64,000 nucleotides of DNA, taken from assembly GCA_026770705.1 (NCBI GenBank), contig JANJGN010000012.1:112282001-112346000 (forward strand), in the 5' to 3' direction. Below are positions 49,100 through 61,645 of the stretch, in pieces. Numbering within the stretch: position 1 is the first letter of the stretch; the number at the start of each line of letters is the position of its first letter. The position numbers and the translations under genes were made by a program. The stretch is from Isurus oxyrinchus (lineage: Eukaryota). Under the pieces are notes generated by a model that saw nothing but the letters and a program-made list of their open reading frames with translations, was not told where the DNA came from and ran no database searches.

Positions 49100-51540
49100 G
49101 AGGTCAGAATGACTGGCCTTGATGTCAAGGCAACATTTGACTATGTGTGACACAAAATAGCCCTAGTAAAATCAATGGGAATCAGGGGAAATACTCTTCA
49201 CTGACTGGAGTCATACCCAGCACAATGGAAGATGATTGTGGTTTTTGACAGCCACTCATCTCAGCCCCAGAACATTGCTGCAGGCGTTCCTCAGGCCTGT
49301 GTCCTACGCCCAACCATCTTCATCAATAAAGGTAGAAATGGGGATGTTTGCTGATGATTGCACATTTGTAACTGCTTGGACAATGAAGCAGCCTGTACCA
49401 TCATGCAGCAAGACCTAGGCAACATTCAGGCTTAGCTGACAAGTGGCAAATAACATTCATACCACACAAGTGCCAGGCAATGTCCATCACCAACAAGAGA
49501 GAATCTAACCATGTTCCTTAGTGATCCACATCAATACTATCACTGAATCCCCTTCATCAGTATCCTGGGGGTACTATTGACCAGAACCTTAACAGCTACA
49601 ACAGCAGGTCAGAAACTTGGAATTCTGTAGTGAGTAACCCATCTCTTGACTCCCCAAAGCCTGCCTATCATCTACATGGTACAAGTTAGGAGTGTGATGG
49701 AATACTTTAATCTCCACTCACCTGAATGAATGCAACCCAAAAAACATAACAGAAGCTCAACACCTTCCAGAACAAAGCAGCCCACTTATTTGGCACACCA
49801 TTCACCAGCTTAAACATTCACTCCCTCCACTGCCACTGCTCCATTGTGTCTATGTGTACCATCTACAAGATACGTTGCAGCAACTTGCCAAGGTTCCTTC
49901 CAAACCCACAACCTCTACTACCTACAAGGGCAGAAGACACTTGGGAACACCACTACCTACAGGTTAAAAACAAAAACAGAATTACCTGGAAAAACTCAGC
50001 AGGTCTGGCAGCATCGGCGAAGAAGAAAAGAGTTGACGTTTTGAGTCCTCATGACCCTTCGACAGAACTTGATTTCGAGTCCAAGAAAGAGTTGAAATAT
50101 AAGCTGGTTTAAGGTGTGTGTTGGGGGGCGGAGAGATAGAGAGAGAGAGAGGTGCTTGTGTAGACAAACAAGCAGTGATAGAAGCAGATCATCAAAAGAT
50201 GTCAGCGACAATGGTACAAAAGAACACATAGGTGTTAAAGTTAAAGTTGGTGATATTATCTAAACGAATGTGCTAATTAAGAATGGATGGTAGGGCACTC
50301 AAGGTACAGCTCTAGTGGGGGTGGGGGGAGCATAAAAGATTTTAAAATATTTAAAAATAATGGAAATAGGTGGGAAAAGAAAAATCTATAAAATTTATAG
50401 GGAAAAAAAAAGGAAAAAGGGGGAAACAGAAAGGGGGTGGGGATGGGGGAGGGAGCTCACGACCTAAAGTTGTTGAATTCAATATTCAGACCGGAAGGCT
50501 ATAAGGTGCCTAGTTGGAAGATGAGGTGTTGTTCCTCCAGTTTGCGTTGGGCTTCACTGGAACAATGCAGTAAGCCAAGGACAGACATGTGGGCAAGAGA
50601 GCAGGGTGGAGTGTTAAAATGGCAAGCGACAGGGAGGTTTGGGTCATTCTTGCGGACAGACCGCAGGTGTTCTGCAAAGCGGTTGCCCAGTTTACGTTTG
50701 GTCTCTCCAATGTTTAACACCTCATCTTCCGACTAGGCACCTTACAGCCTTCCGGTCTGAATATTGAATTCAACAACTTTAGGTCGTGAGCTCCCTCCCC
50801 CATCCCCACCCCCTTTCTGTTTCCCCCTTTTTCCTTTTTTTTTCCCTATAAATTTTATAGATTTTTCTTTTCCCACCTATTTCCATTATTTTTAAATATT
50901 TTAAAATCTTTTATGCTCCCCCCACCCCCACTAGAGCTGTACCTTGAGTGCCCTACCATCCATTCTTAATTAGCACATTCGTTTAGATAATATCACCAAC
51001 TTTAACTTTAACACCTATGTGTTCTTTTGTACCATTGTCGCTGACATCTTTTGATGATCTGCTTCTATCACTGCTTGTTTGTCTACACAAGCACCTCTCT
51101 CTCTCTCTATCTCTCCGCCCCCCAACACACACCTTAAACCAGCTTATATTTCAACTCTTTCTTGGACTCGAAATCAAGTTCTGTCGAAGGGTCATGAGGA
51201 CTCAAAACGTCAACTCTTTTCTTCTTCGCCGATGCTGCCAGACCTGCTGAGTTTTTCCAGGTAATTCTGTTTTTGTTTTGGATTTCCAGCATCCGCAGTT
51301 TTTTTGTTTTAATACCTACAGGTTCCCCATCCTGACTTAGAAATATATGATCATTCCTTCACTGTTATTTGGTCAAAATCCTGGAACTTTATCCCGAATA
51401 GCACTGTAGGTGTACCTACACCACACAGATTGCAGCAGTTTAAGAAGATGTCTCACCACTAGCTTCTCCAAGGCAATTTGGGATGGTGAATAAATGCTGG
51501 TTTTGCCAGCAATGCTCACTTCCCATGAACACATTAAACA
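49100..51540 (+). mobile_element. tRNA-headed LINE family, RT to 3' end, interrupted by the Penelope palindrome
   Basis: ALDVKATFD, MFADDCT, DKWQITF; tail aataaatgctggttttgccagcaatgctcacttcccatgaa. Confidence 0.8.
49966..51312. mobile_element. Penelope-like insertion forming a near-perfect inverted repeat
   Basis: Arms about 49967-50530 and 50716-51279, 185-bp spacer, TSD TACCTACAGGTT at 49954-49965 and 51313-51324; identical ORFs on opposite strands in the ORF track. Confidence 0.95.
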
Positions 51541-51752
51541 AAGAATGTGGAACTTGTTACCATAGGGAATGATTGAAGTGAACAGTATGGATGCATTTAA
51601 GGAAAAGCTAAATAAGTACTTGAGGGAGAAGGGAATAGGGGGTTATGTTGATAGAGTTAGATGAGAAAAGATGGGAGGAGGCTAGAGCTGAGGCTAAACA
51701 CATGGACTGGTTTGGCCAAATGGCCTGTTTCTGTGCTGGGGATGCTATGTAC
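51540..51752 (+). mobile_element. CR1-type 3' tail fragment
   Basis: agaatgtggaacttgttacc...gatgcatttaaggaaaagctaaataag...aaatggcctgtttctgtgctg. Confidence 0.65.
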
Positions 51753-52333
51753 TGTTATTGAAATATTGTTGACAATAAAAACCAGTACATGTCCCTAAAG
51801 GGCAAAAGCTCCACTTGTGCGGTTAAGCAACCATGGTCAACAAATCAGGTAAAGCTACAAGAAGAGGTTTACAAAAATGCAAGTGGAAATATAGCAAGCA
51901 GGGTAGGTCAAGAAATCAGGTTTACAGACCTGCACACCTGATTCACAGCAAACTACATTTTATTTTCAATATGTATGAATATATAATTGCATTTCACTTT
52001 CCAGTTAGTTTCCTGCAACTGAAATAGCAGAAATCAAAGTGCTGAGTGTAGGAATTCTTTTAAAGATTCCTATAACACGCCACAATTTAGATGAGGAAGA
52101 CAAATTTATGAGAGGTCATCTAATTCAGGGGCTACATCTGCAAATTACATCATAACCCCAGTGTGAACATTAAAAACACTCTGACCATTCCACATTGGCA
52201 TCTCAGAGGAGATCTGCCTTCACCAACTTTCATGAAAAAGGCTCTTAGTTGACCCTGGCAACTTCAAGTAAAAGGATGACTCTCGGTCACACTGCAAAGA
52301 TCACTACTGCAAAAATTTTTTTTAATACATCAA

Positions 52334-52979
52334 GGGCAGGATCTTCTGGTTGCTGACGCATAAATTAATGCGGAATGACGTGGGGTGGAATTCCCAACAT
52401 CACCCCGCGTCAATTCCATTTTCAGTTCAGCAGGGGTGCAGCCGAGTCAGCTGCATGCCCGCTGACCTGTCAACGGCCCATTGAGGCCATTGAAAAAGTA
52501 ATTAAGTTTGTTAATGGACCTGCCCGTCCAACCTTAAGGTTGGCGGGCAGGCTGGGAGACCTGGCGGGCTTCAGAAAAAGCATGAAACCTCATCCACAGG
52601 GAGGATGCGGTTTCCTGAGGGTATTTACATTTTTAAGAAAGGTTTCAATAAAAATTATGGACATATCCCAACTCATATGACAGTGTCACATGAGGGCACA
52701 TGGCAAGGAACATTTTTAAACACGTTTATTAAAAGTTTTAAATCGGAGCTGATCTCCCTGAGGCAGCACTTAGCCTCAAGGAGATCTGCACGCATGCGCG
52801 CAAGAGCGCACTCTCAGCTGAGGGAATTTCCCCCCCTGTCCACAGAGGGAGCGCATAGCGCTTCCTGGTGGACGTCACGTAAAATGACAGCGTGCCCCCG
52901 ACTGGGGGGCGTCAATCAGAGGCACGGCTGCCTGTGCCCACTCCTGCACTTCCCCCCCCGACAGGGGAAAAATTTCCCC
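52334..52979 (+). mobile_element. Harbinger-type MITE (about 650-bp family)
   Basis: TIRs gggcaggatctt.../...gaaaaatttcccc; same internal hairpins as 3440-4050. Confidence 0.8.
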
Positions 52980-53431
52980 AAATATTTTCAAGGCAACCTA
53001 GGAGACATATACCCCAGTCGGCAAATTTACGGTCCAAAAAAATAAAAACAAATGATAGGTATGATAGCAAAGGGCACTATCTCCCTCACTTTCTATTTAG
53101 AAAGGCGGCAAAGGAGGGTATAGAACTTTTTCTTGGAAACAGAGGATGGGAAATTGAACTCATCAGCATCCCATTTTATGCACTAGCAAGCTCTTAGAGT
53201 TCCCAAAAGGCACTATGGCTTGCTGGAGGCCATAATGGAGAGGGTGTGAGCACGCATGCCGTGGATGCCTGCCAGAAGTGTGCAGAGCAGCTAAACGTGC
53301 CACATTTTGGAGCTCAACAGTCCAACCAATGTCCTCTCTTCATCTTGCAAAACGAAACACTCACTCAATGGTAAGAAGGATGTGATTAATGTGTAAACAG
53401 CCAGCAAGTTCAGGCAAGGAAGAGATACAAT

Positions 53432-53549
53432 GGGCAGGATTTTATGCCGGCAAGATTTTACAATCCCACCTAAGTCAATGGTCTTTTGAATGGCTTGTCA
53501 CATTTTTACGGCTCTGCCCCTGCCGTGAGGAGACTGTAAAATTCCACCC
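53432..53549. mobile_element. 118-bp Harbinger-type MITE
   Basis: gggcaggattttat ... gtaaaattccaccc, flanks aat/act. Confidence 0.6.
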
Positions 53550-54076
53550 ACTGAGTTTCATCATTTTTCCGCCGTTCTTGCTGATTGGTTTACACTGCTG
53601 CACCATTTTTTTTCACATGAGCAGCATCTTGCCCTCAACTGCTCTGTTATTTTTAGGAACTTGTGTGGATTTGCACACTAACTGCCCAATAAACTCACCA
53701 CAGAAATTTAGGGCTCATACTTAACAGCCTAAGAATCCTTGAACGATGTGTGATAATTGTTAATACAATGTCAATCAACCTTTCCCAACACAATGAGGGA
53801 ACTCTTTAAACTGTTGAGTATCATGCCCACACATTATAAATACTTTTTCGAGATTTAAAATTTTTAAATGTTATAATTTCTGTCCTTAATATTTTTCTTT
53901 TTTCTCTTTCTTAATCTAATCTTTCTTTCCCTATCTTTTACTTCTCTTCCTGTATCTAATTTGACTATAATTTAGCCTCTTTCTCTGTTGTTTCTCTGTT
54001 TCTTTACCAATCTTTAAATCTCATTGGTTAAGGAGGTAGGCTGTTGGCCTCATCAGTCACTTAGGTCCCAGACTAG

Positions 54077-54717
54077 GGCCTGAATTTTCAGCTTGGCGGG
54101 CGGACATGATCGGTGGGCCCAGGATCATCTGGGAAACAAACTGCCAACCACGATCAGCCCCCGATCGTGATTTCATGCTAGCTGGCCAATTAACGGCCAG
54201 CCAGCATGAAGCACACGCTGAAAAGCTCAGTGCTGCTGAGATGGGGGCGGTAGGAGGATGGGCGATGGCGTCAATGCAGGGGCGAGCGGGTGCTGAGAGA
54301 AAGCTCCCTGAAGGCAGAGAGCTGTCTCACGGAGCTGCAGACCTGAAAAAGTTCCAATAAAGTTTTAAAAAGCAGAAAAAAAGTGTCCAAGCATCACAAT
54401 CAGGCACCTGAAATTGTAGGTGATAAAAATGCTGCCCACAGAGTTTTACCCTTATTTTATTTCATAACGGAAACCTCATCCTGCCCTTGGATGAAGTTTC
54501 ATGAAAAGTGTAAAGGCTGCCTGGCCGATTCGCTTCTCTGCCAACTGTAAGGTTAGACAGGTGATGAAAAATAGCAGACAATTGTGCCGTTAAAGGGCTT
54601 AATTGCCCTCTTAATTGTTGGCGGGTGCGCTTCTGACTTTTGCACACGCTCGCCAAGCAAGATATCGCATGATGACGTCGGGACACTCGCCCACCCGATC
54701 TATGTAAAATTCAGCCC
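54077..54717 (-). mobile_element. Harbinger-type MITE with a perfect TAG TSD, nested in an older repeat (about 53560-54840)
   Basis: tag|ggcctgaatttt ... aaaattcagccc|tag. Confidence 0.85.
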
Positions 54718-54949
54718 TAGATGCCCATTATCAGGGTGTGTTTTCAGCAACTCAGGACAATAACATTTTGAGCTGAAGGGTGCACAATAAAGTCTAATGC
54801 ACAAGCCATGAAATGCCCCACTCAACAAGATTTGGTCCATTGTTTCAGAAAACTGTCCCCAGCACACTCTGGAAATTGACTTTCTTTACTACTTGAGCTA
54901 TTCTGATGTTACAAATTGAAAATTCTATTGTAACCACATTGTTTTTGCT

Positions 54950-56100
54950 ACATATTTCCTTAATTTCCATATTTTTACTTTCGCCACTATGCCACTACTA
55001 GGCTTGTAGACCACCACAGTCTTGGATCCTTTGCTGTTACTTAGTTCTATCCATAGTGTTTCTGATTATTCTTACTGAAATCCCTTTTTTCTACTGCTGC
55101 AATTGTGTTTTTTTTTCAAATTGCTAATCCCTTTCCTTTCCCAATTTTCCTGTACTTTCTAAAGATCCTGAAGCCTGGAATACTTAAATCCCAGTTGTAC
55201 TCAGCTTCCAGCCAAGATTCTGTAATGGCTGCTAGCACTTAAACTTTAAGCTGATTTTGTGCTTCTAACTCGTATGTTTTTAGTTCTTATGCTATGTGTG
55301 TTTGTGTACAAAACTGTTGTTTAAGTAACTGTCCGCAGCTTTTCCATCTGCTCTGATGGTCCTTTTCTCGCACTTTCTGATTTACCACACTTTTGTTGCT
55401 GGTATTCTGTATATTATAATACATGTAATTTAACACGTTTTTATTTTTCTCTTCTGCTTTTGTCATTTATATTTTACTATTACTTCCTGTAATCATTTTT
55501 GTTCTTGGTGTGTTCATGCTACCTTTGTAGTACCACTTGTTGTACTCTCACCTTTGCTTTCATTCTTTTTTTTTGTTACCTTCAGGTTACTATTATTTCC
55601 ACCTACACCCCTCCCACCCACACAAATCACTTTTATTGGTTTAAAGTTCTTTCCACTATTTATCTTTTCTTTTAAGACCTTGGTTCCAGTACTTCAGCCT
55701 GTCCTAACAGTAAAGCTCCTTCTTGTCTCAGTTCTGGTGCCAGTGTCTCACAAACTGGAACCTCTCCTTCTCACTCTACTCTTTCAACCACAAGTTCATT
55801 TTCTCGATCTGTTTCTCCTTGTGCCAATTAGCATATGGTTCAGCTGGTAAACCACCTTTGAGGCCCTGCTTCTTAACTTAGCACCTGGCTCCTGGTATTC
55901 CCTGAACTGGACCACCTCCCTGGTGTTTCCTATATCATTGTTTCTGACATGGACCACAAAGCTGGTTCTTCCTATATCCTTTCTATTCCTTACCCTGACA
56001 CTGGGTGACTCTCAATCGTGACTGCAGGGGATACACTTTATCCTCCTAATTATCAAATCCCCTATAACTACAATCTTTATATCCTACATTTTCCCCCCAC
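54950..56100 (-). mobile_element. Very old CR1 remnant including the ORF1 esterase region
   Basis: Minus strand VVIGDLIIRRIKCIPC (cf. CR1 ORF1 VVIGDSIVRG) and an ITESWL...WDLSIPGF endonuclease remnant. Confidence 0.55.
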
Positions 56101-58164
56101 CCACACCATCTCTCTGGACTGCAACCTGCTGCATGGTGCCTTGGCTAACATTACGGTTAACATTCTCCTCACAGCTTTCTTCCTTAACCCCATGTAGCAA
56201 GTGCACCCTCCCTGTTAGGAACAGTTTCTGCTGTTACTCTTTCTCTGCTTCTGCTAATTTCCCCTTATCCTGCTGATTGTCAGCCACACACTCTGTTTTA
56301 CTCTATGTGGCATGACTATTCTGGAATAAACTCAATATTCTTCCCCCTTCCTGTTGGAGTGTCTCTAACCCACGCTGTAGCTGAATGACTCTTAGCCAGA
56401 GTGATCCAAGGCATATGCAAGATGTGTACAGTGGATCATTGTTGGATGAGAGTAGGTTGACTGAATTAATTCTGTAAATGCCTCTCAAGACAATTGTTTT
56501 ACAATACAACAGGCTTCCAGTGCACTGCATGTCAAAATTTTAATCTTTTTCAAACACTTTAAACATGAGGTTTTCCAGAAGTTTATGATGACATATGACT
56601 GCACTGCTTAACTAAATAAAACTTAAGCCTTTACATTGGAGCTGATAAACAGAGAAGAAAGATTTAAAGGTCAAATATCATTCCAAATTCTTCCGTCCTA
56701 CTGATTATACAAAACAAATACTTTTGACAAGTGCTTATACCACAGAAACAAACACTGTGTCATTTTTGTTCAGTGCTTCCACACATAAGCAATCCTTCTG
56801 CACCTCCGGAGTCATTTACCAATGTCCCTTAACTGAAATAGACCATGAAGCATAATCTCACCTAGTTCATTGGGTGCCTTCTTCCTCATGGATTAATGTC
56901 ATGTCATGACCTTTAGTAAGCATTAAGATGTTTACAAATAAATACATGCTGTAAATGTGCCAATATACTTTGAAATTACAGAGACACAGTGTGACAAGAA
57001 GCTAAAAAAGTAGAACTTACATAAGCATAGATATTTTCAAGTTACATTCCTATTGTATAGGTTCACTGAGTTCAGGCAGGCTGGTTTGTGCCAGTAACAT
57101 TACTTACATAATGGAAACAGAACATAGTTATGCTGTACTCATTGCACACACGCAGCTGAAATTGAATTGCTTGCTTGTGTCTTCATTATTAAAGGAAAAT
57201 CGAACCTCATTTTTTTTCCAGTTTTTAACACAAAAAGGGATGTTTCTGTATTAACAAACCAGAAATAATTGCTTTCATTGGGATTTTCCTTGAAGCTACT
57301 ACTTTTCTGCACTGTAACTTTGCAGAAGTATGTTGGAAACCCCATTTATTCATGTAAGTCTGGCTTTCACTGCAGTTCTGATATAATTATGGTAGCGGTA
57401 TGGGAGCAGCTCTGAGCAACTTTCCAGAAAATATACATTTCTGAAGGAACCCTGTCTTCTTGAGCAATGGACTCAGGAGAGCAATGCATCAACAAGGTCA
57501 TCATAATAAACCCTGAAGACCTCAAGCAAACTTATATTTTATTCATATAATGTTTAAACACACGTTTCACTATGGATCACATATACATCATCCTCAACAA
57601 TAAACTTAAGCAAAAACAATAATTCCTAAAACAGTTTGCATTTGACTCCAATAATAATAAAAGCTGTCAGCCTCTTGTGCCCCGTTACTGAAAATCAGGG
57701 GATGTTAGTTTAGAAAAGTCCAGAGAAAGGTTTTCATCCTTCCCTTCAGTATATTTCTCTTCTCATCTTCACTCTTCTATTTCCCTCTCGTGTTCCTTTC
57801 TATTGATATTTCTCTTTTCTTCCCTTCTTTCTCTCTCATATCGTTCACCATTTATTCTTTATTGCTTAGCTCCTTCCCTTGTATTTACCTCTGCCTTATT
57901 CCTTCTGCTTCAGCTCTTCTGTCCGTGTTTCTCTCTGTTCCATCCCACTATGTCTCATAGCTGCTTTTTTTTGTGTTTTGATATGCTCCATCCCTCCTTT
58001 TTTTTCTGTTCCTTCCATTGTCTCTATCACCTTGTTTGTGTAGCTTTATGTCACGTTTCTGTGTGTGTATGTGTGTGTGTTCCTTCCTTCCTATCACCTT
58101 CCCTTCTGGGTTGTTCTCTGATGCTTGGTTTAATTTCTGTCCCTCTATTTTGATCTTTCACTCT

Positions 58165-59210
58165 TGTTATGATGACGGGAAACTGTGACTCAATGAAATC
58201 TATCTATCCTTCACCAGCTAACCAAATACATAATGAACTGTTTAAAGAGGACCTGTTTTCTTCAAAAAATACAAGGAAAGATACTGACCAAAAATGGCTG
58301 CCATGAGTCACCTGATGTCTGGAATTATAAGTCAACTTTTTCTGGAAAGTTACTATATGGATTGTACTGCAGACATGTTGTTCATGGAATTCTACACCTG
58401 GGGTTGTTAAGGTCCACTTCAAAACGAGACTCTTGAAAGGAAGGCATTAAAAATGCAAAGTGCTGGACTTTAATTAACAGCAATTCTGTCAAGACAATGG
58501 GAACTGTTAAGCAGCTAAATACCCAACAGACACTCAAAATTCCCTGAGGAGGACGAAATAATCTCATCTGTTGGTTTCTGCTCTCTTGCAATTTGTCAAA
58601 CGTTTCCAAGATGAAAGATCAAAAATGTGATTACTTGTTTGACAACAAAGACTGCAACACATGTTAATCGAATTCTTTCTTGGAATATACAGACAGGAGG
58701 TTTAAGAATTTGTTTTGCCAAGCCAGAAACAGAGAAAAAAAAATCAAGTCATCTGGAAACACTTGAAGGGAGCAATGAGGAATCTCTCTCTTTCAATCTA
58801 AAATTGACTCCAGCAAAGTGCAGTTACCTGAGCTTCAATTCAACACCAAGATTTTAAGGAAAACCAGCTAACTTCAAAAGCTGCAACATTCAACAATATA
58901 CACTTCAAGAACAAGCAAAGGACTTAATCGTATGTTATTTTAACTTTTATTTGGACTATAACTTTTCCTACTTCTGAGATCTGCGTGTGTATGCACATTT
59001 TATTATTTTTTCTTGGGCTTATTAACTAATAAACTTACTCTTTCTTTGACTCAAGAAAACCTTGTTTGGTGTGTTCTTTATTAAAAAGTAAATACATTTG
59101 GATTAGAAAACGCATCCATGGGGAAGAGAAATGTAAAACCCTTCTTTGCGACTAACCAAGGGGGCTCAATAAAGGGGAGCCAGTCCACTCCTCCTCATTC
59201 AGCTGTAACA
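58165..59210 (+). mobile_element. Solo LTR (about 1.05 kb)
   Basis: TGTTA...TAACA inverted termini, perfect 4-bp TSD CTCT (58161-58164 and 59211-59214), internal AATAAA. Confidence 0.85.
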
Positions 59211-60033
59211 CTCTTCTTTTCTCATTGTTTTTTTTCTGGTTTGCATTTTTATTTTGGCCTTTTCTGGGTCATATTTCTCCCCCTCTCCTATCTTAGTTCA
59301 TTCTTTAATGCAGTTTTCTGCCTCCATCTTTTCTGTTGGCCTTTTTGGTTTATTTTCTCATTTGGCTCACTTTCAATTGATCATTGACACCTGTTCTCGT
59401 CCACCAGGGCAAGGGGCCCATTATGATGAAACACTTTGGAATTACAAGGGCAATTGAGAACAATTTTGGCTGGGCCAGTAGAATGGCATTGGGCATGAGC
59501 CGAAAGCAATTAGGACAAAATACCACAACAAATGCGATCCTGAAGAGAACAGCACCGCTAATAAAAGCAGTCCTGTCAAACTAAGTTTTGGAACATGATC
59601 CATTTTTCATTGGTGATGATATGGTGTCCAACAATATCCATCAGTCATAAAAAACTTCAAGCAAATCAGTGGACACAGCATGATTGTGTTTCTAGGTCAT
59701 CCAGGCTGCATAAGGGTTTTGGGTAAATCAATTAAATAATGACCGTTTAATGGAGTATTCTAATTTTCTAGGCATTCAATGGGCAATCCTTCGAGTATGG
59801 TGGAATGGACAGTGAAAGATTTGAAGATATAATAAATGGCGGTATAACATCACAATGTACTAGTGAGAAAGCTAGGAGTAATCAGGCACTGGAGCTAGTT
59901 TTTAGTAATGAATTGGTATCAGATTTCCATGCCAGCAGCATCTGGGTAACAATGATTATAATAATATTAAGTTTAGGCTAATCAACCAAATTAAAGCTGC
60001 TGAAAGTTTAACTATAGTACCAGATTTCAAGAG

Positions 60034-61256
60034 GGATGAGGTTTCGTAAAAAATGCAAAGGCTGCCTGGCCTATTCGCCTGCCTGCAAGTTAATTAATTG
60101 CTTAACGGCCTTAATAGGCCTCTTAATTGTCACCGGGCGTGCTGACGACTCTTGCACGCTCCCACCGATCGAAAGGTCACAAGAGTACGTGATGACGTCG
60201 GGACGCTCGCCCGAAATCATTACACATGATTTTATGCCAGATCAGGTGCGTGCTCACCCAATGAACATAAAATTCAGCCCCAGGAGTTATTCTGATGGGA
60301 TTAGATGAAGATGGATGGGAGGACACTTGGTGTGGGTGGGGGGGGGGGGGGGGGTAACATTGGCACAGACATGTTGGGCAATGCTATACATTCTACGTAA
60401 CTCACTGCATTTCTTCAACCGTGCTACAGAATCTTAATAGCCTTCTATTAACACAGCTGAATGAGATTTGCAAAGAAGGATTGCATGACTTGCATGAATG
60501 ATTGGAACTCGGCAGAGATAATAGTGACACTGAAAGAAAAGGAATGCCTTCAAAACCATTCTTATGCAAAAGAAATCTAGATGTGTGTTGAAGGAAGGCA
60601 CATAGTGAAACCAAGCCACATTAGTAAATGGCTCATGTTTAAAGTCAAATTGGAATTAAGCAGAAATATTTAAGCATAAAATATAGTTCTCAGGAGAACA
60701 AGGATAGGTATCAATCTAAAACTCAAGGCAACAAAAGTTATCAGAACAGCCAAAGCACGATGGAAATGAAAATGGTGGATAGTTGTGGTAATAATAGCAA
60801 GGTCACTTTCAGCAATGTTAATAGAAGGCTATTAAGATTCTGTAGCACTGTTGAACAAATGCACCGAGTTACATAGAATATACAGCATAGCCCAACATGT
60901 CTGTGCCAATGTTATCCCCCACACAAGTGTCCTCCCACCCATCTTCATCTAACCTTATCAGAATAAGTCCTTGGGCTGAATTTTACATTCATTGGGCGGG
61001 TGTGCGTCTGACCTGATTGGGCGTAAAGTCACATGTGATGACGTCGGGCAAGCATCCCGATGTCATTGCGCACTCTTGTGATCTTTCGGTCAGCGGGCAT
61101 GCGTGAGAGTTAGCATCACGCCCGCTGACAAGTAAGAGGCCTAATAAGGCCCTTAAGCAATTAATTAACTTGTATTTTTCACTGCCCATTTGACCGTTCG
61201 GTTGCCGGGCAGGCGAATAGGTCAGGTGGCCTTTGCATTTTTACGAAACCTCATCC
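60034..61256. repeat. Diverged inverted duplication; arms about 60034-60470 and 60797-61256
   Basis: MITE half, CR1 tail and flank are all mirrored (ctacagaatcttaatagccttctattaaca / tgttaatagaaggctattaagattctgtag). Confidence 0.85.
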
Positions 61257-61645
61257 ATGGGCAGGAAGAGTTTTCCAACGGTAAACAAAAAAAAGAAAAC
61301 ATTTTTCAACTTCATTTTAAATATGTCCCTCTTCATGTGACTGAGTCACATGTGGGGACATGTTTCTATCATCTTTTAAATCTTTATTTGTCTCCAGTTC
61401 TTCAGCCTCCTGAGGCAGCTCTGTGCCCTAAGGGACCTTTCAGCATGCGCTCCTGCACTCATGCACAGACTTCCATGCTCACCGTCCTCCTGCTCCCACC
61501 CCAGCAGTGCTGAGTGTTTCAGCGCGCCTTTCACGCTGGCTGGCTGGCTGTTAATTGGCCAGCCGATGCGAATTTGAGATTGTGGACTGATCGCCGCTCC
61601 CAGGCCCACTCACAGTGCCAGCCTGACGACCTCAAAATTCAGCCC
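60973..61645 (+). mobile_element. Harbinger-type MITE (about 650-bp family)
   Basis: gggctgaatttt ... aaaattcagccc; TSD ctt/ctg, where the inverted duplicate preserves ctg. Confidence 0.85.

Noticed and set aside
57720-58160. Hydrophobic Phe/Leu/Ser-rich ORFs (also at 15465, 55554 and 59118)
   Set aside because: Translations of T/C-rich low-complexity DNA, not membrane proteins.
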